15,278 nt of DNA from Chthoniobacteraceae bacterium (GTDB taxonomy: Bacteria; Verrucomicrobiota; Verrucomicrobiia; Chthoniobacterales; Chthoniobacteraceae). Positions 1 to 6,813 of this stretch are shown piece after piece. Below the pieces are notes generated by a model. It was given only the letters and a program-made list of their open reading frames with translations. It was not told the origin of the DNA and made no database searches. Position numbers and translations under genes: made by a program. Position 1 is the first letter of the stretch. Each line of letters opens with the position of its first letter. The stretch lies in assembly GCA_031409335.1 (NCBI GenBank), contig JANNWY010000073.1, positions 1-15,278 of the forward strand. The letters are read 5' to 3'.

Positions 1-1
1 C

Positions 2-2008
2 CAGCCCATCACGCTGGCCTTTGATGCCACCGGCGCATTGCGCAACCCCAACCAGATTGACATCGGGGCGCGGGCCAGTGTGCCGCATACGATGACGGTG
101 GACACCGTCGCCGATGATCCGGGAATCCAAACACTCTACGTAGGTAACGGTCCTGTTTTCCGGGGGAGAATTTACGTTCCGCTCCGTTCGGCGCTGACGG
201 TGGCAGAGGCGGATGGGGGCGGCACGGTGACCTTTGATCCGAGTCTGGCCGGGCAGACGCTCACGCTCACCAAAGGCTGGAGCGGCAGCAATGATGTCTC
301 GGCGCTGCAAGTCACCACGCCCGTGACCATTCAAGGTCTAACCAATACGCCGGGCGTCACGCTCGCCATCGATGCGGGTGTGCAGCGGCGGCATTTCCAG
401 GTGAGCGGCACGGGGGCGCTGACTTTGCAAAACCTCACGCTCACGGGCGGCAATTGCCCGTCCGGCGGCGGCGCGATTTTCAGCCAGGGCCTCCTGAACG
501 TGGACGGCTGCACTTTCACCGGCAACACCAGTGCGCAGGAAGGCGGCGCGCTTTGGAACTACGGCGCAGGCACGCAGACGCAGGTGAAAAACTCGACCTT
601 CGCGGGGAATACCTCGGTGCAAAACGGCGGGGCGATTTCCACCGCGTGCGAGCTGATGACGCTGACGAATGTGACCATCGCCGATAACTCGATCACCGGC
701 ACGGTGGGCGGGGGTATTCACCAATACTCCGGCGTGACGCGGCTGGTGAACAGCATCGTCGCCCGCAATACCGCCAACGGCTCGCCGAATAACGTGACTT
801 CCATCCTCAACCCGCTGGATGCGGCGAACAGTTTCAACAATCTCCTCGGCGCGGATGTGGCCGGCGCGACCGGCAGCGGCCTGACGCACGGCGTGAATGG
901 CAACAAGGTGGGCATCGCTGCGGCGAGCCTCGGCCTGGGCGCGCTGGCGAGCAACGGCGGCCTCACCCCGACGGTCGCGCTGCTGCCCGGCAGTCCCGCC
1001 GTGAATGGCGGCACCGCGACCGGCGCACCGGCGACCGACCAGCGTGGCATCCTGCGCCCGCAGTTTGGCGTCGTGGATATCGGCGCGTTTGAGCAGACGC
1101 CCTTCGACACCGGCCAGACCATCGTGAATGTCGGCGGCGGCTTCTGGTATCTCGGGCCGGATGCAGTCGGCAGCGACCTGCGCGTCTATCGCGAACTGCC
1201 CGGCCAGCTCGCCACCTGGGTGGACAGCGGCACGGCCTCGCGCATCGGCCAGGCCCTCGACGGCACCGTGCTCGTGGAAAACGCCAGCGGCGGAGTGTAT
1301 GCCCGCGCCGGTTCCACCACCGGCCTCGGCAGCGGCTACCAAATTCTCTCCTCCGTGACCGCGGGCGACTCCGCCACCTGGTTCCTCGGCCCCGATGGCA
1401 ACGCGAATGACTTCAACATTTACCGATGGTCGAGCAGCAGCAGCCCGACCTACAGCGACGGCTTCGCGACGCAGCTTTCCATCACGGCCAACGGCTCCAT
1501 CCTCGCCCGGAACAACGCGGCGAATAACTACCTCCGCCTCGGCTCCAACACCGGCCTCGGCACAAGCTGGCAACTTCTGAATGGCTCGCTCCCCTTCTGG
1601 CGCGCGCTCCAAAGTCTCGCCGACAACGGCACGGAAGACCTCGCGAATCCCTCCTCCGACGGCGTCGCGAACCTGCTCAAATACTCCTTCAACCTAGCCC
1701 CGAACGCCGGCGACCTCGCGCGGATAAACCTCGGCGTGCTGCCGGAGAGCGGCACCGCCGGACTGCCCTTCATCATGAAGGACGCACAAGGCCGCCTTTT
1801 CATCGAATTCATCCGCCGCAAGGCCGCGACCAACCCCGGCATCGCCTTTGTCGTCGAGACTGGCGACGACCTCACCGCCTTGCAGGCGCTGAGCCTGACC
1901 AGTGCGGCGGTCGTCTCCATCGACGCGACCTGGGAGCGCGTCACCGTCACCGACCCGACCCTCACGCCGAACCGCTTCGGTCGCGTGCGCGTGGAGGTCG
2001 CGCCGTAG
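2..2008 (+). CDS. Large secreted/surface protein, 5'-truncated by the window edge: Pmp-like beta-helix repeats, choice-of-anchor Q-like modules, tectonin-like repeats and a Verrucomicrobia-type C-terminal domain
   Basis: The frame is open from base 2 (QPITLAFDATGALRNPNQIDIGA..., the tail of a DxxGxxR...DIGA module), so the ORF-track start at 38 is not the real start. It contains GGA(I/L)...FxGN repeats and LGALASNGGLTPTVALLPGSPAVNGG...TDQRGILRPQFGVVDIGAFE, and ends RFGRVRVEVAP-TAG. Paralogous to 2291..5779. Confidence 0.85.
   Translation, partial: QPITLAFDATGALRNPNQIDIGARASVPHTMTVDTVADDPGIQTLYVGNGPVFRGRIYVPLRSALTVAEADGGGTVTFDPSLAGQTLTLTKGWSGSNDVSALQVTTPVTIQGLTNTPGVTLAIDAGVQRRHFQVSGTGALTLQNLTLTGGNCPSGGGAIFSQGLLNVDGCTFTGNTSAQEGGALWNYGAGTQTQVKNSTFAGNTSVQNGGAISTACELMTLTNVTIADNSITGTVGGGIHQYSGVTRLVNSIVARNTANGSPNNVTSILNPLDAANSFNNLLGADVAGATGSGLTHGVNGNKVGIAAASLGLGALASNGGLTPTVALLPGSPAVNGGTATGAPATDQRGILRPQFGVVDIGAFEQTPFDTGQTIVNVGGGFWYLGPDAVGSDLRVYRELPGQLATWVDSGTASRIGQALDGTVLVENASGGVYARAGSTTGLGSGYQILSSVTAGDSATWFLGPDGNANDFNIYRWSSSSSPTYSDGFATQLSITANGSILARNNAANNYLRLGSNTGLGTSWQLLNGSLPFWRALQSLADNGTEDLANPSSDGVANLLKYSFNLAPNAGDLARINLGVLPESGTAGLPFIMKDAQGRLFIEFIRRKAATNPGIAFVVETGDDLTALQALSLTSAAVVSIDATWERVTVTDPTLTPNRFGRVRVEVAP
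245..2008 (+). repeat. Copy 1 of a ~1.76 kb direct duplication (copy 2 at 4016..5779)
   Basis: The offset of 3771 was checked at 245/4016, 421/4192, 655/4426, 1133/4904 and the stop codons 2008/5779. Segment 467..655 vs 4238..4426 differs at only 1 of 189 bases. Confidence 0.95.
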
Positions 2009-2019
2009 CCGGGGCGTGG

Positions 2020-2163
2020 AGCACCTTGGAGTGCGGTGGCAAGCGTTAGCGCGACACCGCTTTCGGAAGGTCTGCGGGCGGGCTGCGCGCGCACGGCTCC
2101 GCACCGGCAGAGCAGTCCGAAAGCGGCGTGGCGCTGACGCTTCCCGCCGCACTCCAAGGCGCT
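2020..2163. repeat. REP-like inverted doublet (REPIN-like), TGGAGTGCGG...CCGCACTCCA type
   Basis: The 48-bp arms 2020..2067 and 2116..2163 are reverse complements at 42/48 positions, with a 48-bp spacer. Each arm has its own hairpin (GCGGTG...CACCGC; GCGGCG...CGCCGC). Intergenic, 11 bp after a stop codon. Confidence 0.85.
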
Positions 2164-2290
2164 GCGCGCAGCCCGGTCATGTTTTCACGGAACTCGGCGG
2201 GCGGGGAAAGTGATGCGCTCGCCGGGGCGCGGAAAACTTTTTCGCCGAATCGCGTAAGGTTGCGCGCGAGGCCGGTAAGAACTCGGGTGC

Positions 2291-5200
2291 ATGAAAATCT
2301 CATCCCTCTTTCGCGCGGTATTGTCGGGCCTGCTCGCCTTCGGGCTTTTGAGTCTGCGGGTGGCGGCGGCGGATTTCACCGTCACCACGCTCGCGGATGC
2401 CGGGGCGGGTTCGTTGCGCGCGGCCCTCGCGCTGGCCAATGCCAATCCCGATGCGGACACGATCACTTTTGCCGCCGGGCTGGCGGGGCAGACGATCTCG
2501 CTCAACACGATCGGCGACGGCACGTTTGGACCGTCGGCGCTGGCGGTGACGACGGCGGTGACGATGGATGGCGGCACGGGCGGGATCACGCTGCGGCAGA
2601 ATATCGGCAACGCCAGCGCGACGGGCGGGATGCGGATTTTTTATGTGCAGAGCGGCGGGGCTCTCACGCTGCGGCGGCTCACGGTGCGCGATGGCTACGC
2701 GAAGGGCGGCGATGGCGACCTTTATGGGGGCGGCGCGGCGGGATTGGGCGGGGCCATCGTGAACGCGGGCACGCTGGAATTGGTGGAGGCCACACTGACG
2801 GCCAATCAGGCGCGCGGCGGAAGCGGTAACCCGGGAGGCAACGATTCCAATGGCGCGGGCGGGCTGGGTGGGAGAGGCCAGATTTCATACCGGGCTTACC
2901 GCTACTCCCAAAACGGACACACCTATTCGGTGGAAGAAGCCACCAGCACTGGAGGCCCACCGAACGGTGCCATCGCTTACACCAAGTATGTCACAGACGA
3001 TGACACCGGAGACGTGATCGAATCCACGGAGACTTCCACGCCTGCGGGTTTCGGGGGTGGTGGTGAGAACACCTTTGAGAATGGTTCCGGCGGAGGTTTT
3101 GGGGGCGGTGGAACTTATCTCGGCGCAGGAGGATTTGGCGGCGGATCGGGGAGTCATTTTGGGGACGGCGGTTCCGGGGCCAATGGTTTTGGGGGCGGCG
3201 TCAGCACGGCGGAAAATATTCAGCCTGGCGGAGGCGCGGGGCTGGGCGGGGCGGTGTTCAACTACGGTGGCACGGTGCTCGTGACCCATGCGACGCTCGC
3301 GGGTAACTCGGCGGTGGCCGGCAGCGGCGGTGGAGGAAATAACGGTCGCGCGCTCGGCGGGGCCATTTTCAATCTCAACGGCAGCGTCACCGCGACCTGC
3401 GCCACGCTCGCAAACAACAGCGCGCCGGACGGTGCCAGCAGCATTTACAATCTGGGCGACAACGGCGTGGCCACGCAAAACGGCCCCGCGCTCCCGGCGA
3501 CGTCCGTGAGTTCGCTGGCGCGCGTCATTTTGCGCAGCTCGATTCTCTCCGGCTCCGGCGGAGTGGTGGATTACCGGGAGGAAGCCAGGAATGGCGGCGC
3601 GGTCGGCAGCAGCGGGAGCGGCAACGTCATCGCCGAGGCGTATTTGAATTCCCAAGCCACCTTCGGCGGCGGCTTTGCGGCGATCCATCCGCAGCTCTCC
3701 GCGCTGGCCGGAAACGGCGGACCGACCGCGACGATGGCGCTGCCGATCAGCAGCGGAGCGATTGGCCTCGGGAACGTGGCGGACGCCGCCGGGCTCACGA
3801 CGGATCAGCGTGGCGCGGGCTATCCGCGACTCACGCAGGGCCGGCTGGACCCCGGAGCGTATCAGCAGCAGGCCAACTTGACGGAAACGCCGAGCCTTCT
3901 CGTGACCCTCGCGGGAGATGTGAGCAATGCTCAGGACAATCAAACGAGTCTGCGCGAGGCGCTGATTTACGCGCAGAGCCTGGGCGGCGCGCAGACGATT
4001 TCCTTCGCGGGTGGTCTGGCCGGGCAAACGATCACGCTCTCCTCCGGCTGGAGTGGCGCGGGCGATGCCTCGGCGCTGGTGGTTTCGACAGCGGTGACGA
4101 TTCAGGGGATCACGGATGGGACGGCAATGACGCTCGCCGTGGGCGCGGGCGTGCCGCGGCGGCATTTTTATGTGAGCGGGACGGGGGTGCTGACTTTGCA
4201 AAACGTCACGCTCACGGGTGGCAACTGTCCGTCGGGTGGCGGCGCGATTTTCAGCCAGGGCCTCCTGAACGTGGACGGCTGCACTTTCACCGGCAACACC
4301 AGTGCGCAGGAAGGCGGCGCGCTCTGGAACTACGGCGCAGGCACGCAGACGCAGGTGAAAAACTCGACCTTCGCGGGGAATACCTCGGTGCAAAACGGCG
4401 GGGCGATTTCCACCGCGTGCGAGCTGTTGAAGCTGATGAATGTGACCATCGCGGATAACTCGATCACCGGCACGGTGGGCGGCGGCATCCATCAATTCAA
4501 CGGCACGACGCGGCTGGTGAACACCATCGTCGCCCGCAATACCGCCAACGGCTCGCCGAATAACGTGACTTCCATCCTTAACCCGCTGGATGCGGCGAAC
4601 AGCTTCAACAATCTTCTCGGTGCGGATGTCGCCGGCCCGAGCGGTAGCGGCCTGACGCATGGCGTGAATGGAAACAAAGTGGGCATCGCCGTAGCGAGCC
4701 TCGGCCTGGGCACGCTCGCGAACAACGGCGGCCTCACCAGAACGGTCGCGCTCCTGCCCGGCAGTCCCGCCGTGAATGGCGGCACCGCGATCGGCGCACC
4801 GACGATCGATCAGCGCGGCAAGCTGCGCCCGCAGTTCGGCGTGGTCGATATCGGCGCGTATGAGCAGACGCCTTTCGACACCGGCCAGACCATCGTGAAT
4901 GTCGGCGGCGGCTTCTGGTATCTCGGGCCCGATGCTCTCGGCAGCGACCTGCGCGTCTATCGCGAATTGCCCGATCAACTCGCCGTGTGGGTGGACTACG
5001 GCTATGCCGTGCGCCTCGGCCAGGCCGGGGACGGCACCGTGCTGGTGGAAAATTCCATCGGCGAAGTCTATGCCCGCCCCGGCTCCACCACGGGCCCCGG
5101 CACCGCGTGGCCACGGCTCACCTCCGTCGTCGCGGGCGACGGGGCCACCTGGTTTTTCGGCCCCGATAGCTTCGGCAGCGACGCCTACATTTACCGCTGG

Positions 5201-5779
5201 GCCAGCGGCGGCGCACCGACCTACAGCGGTGGCTTCGGCACGCAGCTCTCCGTCGCCCCGAATGGCGCCATCTTCGCCCGGAACAACGCCGGGAACGACT
5301 ACCTCCGCGTCGGCTCGGATGCGGGACTCGGCTCCTCTTGGCAAATCGTGAACCGTTCGCTCGTCTCGTGGCGTCTGCTCCACCGACTGCCCTACGACGG
5401 CACGCAAGACCTCGCCAACCCCGCCGCCGACGGCGTCGCGAACCTGCTCAAGTATGCCTTCAACCTGGCCCCGAACATCGGCGACCTCGCCCGCGTCAAC
5501 GTCGCCGAGTTGCCCGAAAACGGCACCGCCGGCCTGCCCTTCCTCTATCGCGATGCGCAGGGGCGGCTGGTCATCGAGTTCCTCCGCCGCAAAGCCGCGA
5601 CGCTCCCCGGCATCGCCTGCATCGTCGAGACCGGCGACGACCTCACCGCCTTGCAACCGCTGAATCTGAGCGGCGCGACGGTCGTCTCCATCGACCCGAC
5701 ATGGGAGCGCGTCACCGTCACCGACCCGACCGTCACACCAAAACGCTTCGGTCGCGTGCGAGTGAACGTGATGCCGTGA
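2291..5779 (+). CDS. 1162-aa secreted/surface protein: signal peptide, two SLRxA/beta-helix/choice-of-anchor Q-like modules, Gly-rich insert, tectonin-like repeats, C-terminal domain
   Basis: Sec-type signal MKISSLFRAVLSGLLAFGLLSLRVAA. Motifs FTVTTLADAGAGSLRAAL and VTLAGDV...TSLREAL, GGA(I/V)xN repeats, and two DQRG...D(P/I)GAY modules. C-terminus DGVANLLKYAFNLAP...RFGRVRVNVMP. Confidence 0.9.
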   Translation: MKISSLFRAVLSGLLAFGLLSLRVAAADFTVTTLADAGAGSLRAALALANANPDADTITFAAGLAGQTISLNTIGDGTFGPSALAVTTAVTMDGGTGGITLRQNIGNASATGGMRIFYVQSGGALTLRRLTVRDGYAKGGDGDLYGGGAAGLGGAIVNAGTLELVEATLTANQARGGSGNPGGNDSNGAGGLGGRGQISYRAYRYSQNGHTYSVEEATSTGGPPNGAIAYTKYVTDDDTGDVIESTETSTPAGFGGGGENTFENGSGGGFGGGGTYLGAGGFGGGSGSHFGDGGSGANGFGGGVSTAENIQPGGGAGLGGAVFNYGGTVLVTHATLAGNSAVAGSGGGGNNGRALGGAIFNLNGSVTATCATLANNSAPDGASSIYNLGDNGVATQNGPALPATSVSSLARVILRSSILSGSGGVVDYREEARNGGAVGSSGSGNVIAEAYLNSQATFGGGFAAIHPQLSALAGNGGPTATMALPISSGAIGLGNVADAAGLTTDQRGAGYPRLTQGRLDPGAYQQQANLTETPSLLVTLAGDVSNAQDNQTSLREALIYAQSLGGAQTISFAGGLAGQTITLSSGWSGAGDASALVVSTAVTIQGITDGTAMTLAVGAGVPRRHFYVSGTGVLTLQNVTLTGGNCPSGGGAIFSQGLLNVDGCTFTGNTSAQEGGALWNYGAGTQTQVKNSTFAGNTSVQNGGAISTACELLKLMNVTIADNSITGTVGGGIHQFNGTTRLVNTIVARNTANGSPNNVTSILNPLDAANSFNNLLGADVAGPSGSGLTHGVNGNKVGIAVASLGLGTLANNGGLTRTVALLPGSPAVNGGTAIGAPTIDQRGKLRPQFGVVDIGAYEQTPFDTGQTIVNVGGGFWYLGPDALGSDLRVYRELPDQLAVWVDYGYAVRLGQAGDGTVLVENSIGEVYARPGSTTGPGTAWPRLTSVVAGDGATWFFGPDSFGSDAYIYRWASGGAPTYSGGFGTQLSVAPNGAIFARNNAGNDYLRVGSDAGLGSSWQIVNRSLVSWRLLHRLPYDGTQDLANPAADGVANLLKYAFNLAPNIGDLARVNVAELPENGTAGLPFLYRDAQGRLVIEFLRRKAATLPGIACIVETGDDLTALQPLNLSGATVVSIDPTWERVTVTDPTVTPKRFGRVRVNVMP
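4016..5779 (+). repeat. Copy 2 of the ~1.76 kb direct duplication (copy 1 at 245..2008)
   Basis: Colinear with 245..2008 at offset 3771 at every anchor checked. Confidence 0.95.
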
Positions 5780-5804
5780 TCCCGACGATCCAAGCCATGC
5801 AGGA

Positions 5805-5829
5805 CCATCCGTGACTGTAAGACGGATGG
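5805..5829. other. Perfect 8-bp intergenic inverted repeat (possible hairpin or operator)
   Basis: CCATCCGT-(9 nt)-ACGGATGG, 25 bp after the stop of 2291..5779. There is no U-tract on +, so it is not called a terminator. Confidence 0.3.
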
Positions 5830-5947
5830 CTACAAAACAATCAGAACCACTAATCAGCGCAAAATGAAAATTCCATCGTTAAATCCAAAACCCCGCACCC
5901 AAACATCGAGTTCACCCATGGCTCGGAAGTTCAGCCCGCATCGCAAT

Positions 5948-6685
5948 ATGAAAACAACCCGCCTCAGCCTCCTCCTCGCCGTCGCCGCACTTTCCGGCGC
6001 AACCCTCCATGCCGCCCCCATGACGTGGGGTGCGCCGCAGCAAATCACCGGTGACGCCGATGTGAATACGACCGGTGCGCTGTTCGGGGCCTACAATTTT
6101 GGCGGCGCGACCACGACCGTGAACGGCGTGACCTTTGGCGAATTCGGCACGGGCAGTCCCTCGATCACGGAAGGCAATTTCACCCTCTCGCTCGCGCCGG
6201 GCGATGGGAACGTGGGCTTTAACAATACGTCCTCGGCCACGGCTCCGTTTTCCAATCTCACCGCGTCCTATCGCGCCCTGCTCGGCACGGCGGCGGAGAG
6301 AGGTGATCGCACGATGACTCTGAGCATCGCGGGTTTGACGATCGGGGAAAGTTACCTCTTTCAAACATGGGTGAACGACTCGCGTGATTTCAACGGGAAC
6401 GTGTTCACGGTCGATTTGAACCGGGATGGAAACGGCGTCGGCGAGGTGACGCTCGCCCCCGGCCAGGGTCTGGAGGGAAGCCTGGGCAGGTATGTCACCG
6501 GCACCTTCACCGCGAATGCGACCAGCCAGCAGGTGACTTACTTTGGCAGCGAGGTGGGCGTGGTGAATGCCGCGCAACTGCGCCGGGTCTCCCCTCCGGT
6601 CGTCCCCGAGCCCGGCACGGCACTTTTCGGTCTGGCTCTGCTCGGCACGGCGGGCTTTTCCCGTCGTCGCTCCGTGGCGCGCTGA
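5948..6685 (+). CDS. PEP-CTERM sorting-domain protein
   Basis: The C-terminus VVPEPGTALFGLALLGTAGFSRRRSVAR has the PEP motif, a TM helix and an Arg cluster. Start moved from 5864 to the in-frame ATG at 5948, which gives a clean signal peptide MKTTRLSLLLAVAALSGATLHA. Confidence 0.9.
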   Translation: MKTTRLSLLLAVAALSGATLHAAPMTWGAPQQITGDADVNTTGALFGAYNFGGATTTVNGVTFGEFGTGSPSITEGNFTLSLAPGDGNVGFNNTSSATAPFSNLTASYRALLGTAAERGDRTMTLSIAGLTIGESYLFQTWVNDSRDFNGNVFTVDLNRDGNGVGEVTLAPGQGLEGSLGRYVTGTFTANATSQQVTYFGSEVGVVNAAQLRRVSPPVVPEPGTALFGLALLGTAGFSRRRSVAR

Positions 6686-6813
6686 GCCCGCGCTCGACGC
6701 GCTTCGGATCCGGACCAATTAACCGCCTTTCGATCGCACCGCCTAGTACCAGCGCGAGAAAACGCGACGCTGTCCTCGTCCTTCGAAAATGCCTCCCTTC
6801 ACGAGAGCGCAGA

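Noticed and set aside
2231..2257. ECF-sigma-like GAAAAC...CGTAA motif upstream of 2291
   Set aside because: Too short, and the spacing is non-canonical. It cannot be distinguished from chance.
1528..2303. ORFs spanning the REP-like element (MECGGKRQ..., 2046..2303, 1902..2213)
   Set aside because: Translations of the palindromic repeat and of antisense coding sequence. No independent coding evidence.
2885..5656. 923-aa antisense ORF (likewise 338..1612, 5912..6718, 7222..8457)
   Set aside because: Shadow ORFs opposite well-supported genes. Expected from high-GC codon bias, and they show no recognisable motifs.
245..5779. Diversity-generating retroelement template/variable repeat pair
   Set aside because: Both copies are coding and ~1.8 kb long, the mismatches are not adenine-specific, and no reverse transcriptase is present in the window.
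5864..5947. Longer N-terminus for the PEP-CTERM gene
   Set aside because: It would place 28 polar residues before an otherwise canonical signal peptide. ATG 5948 is more plausible.
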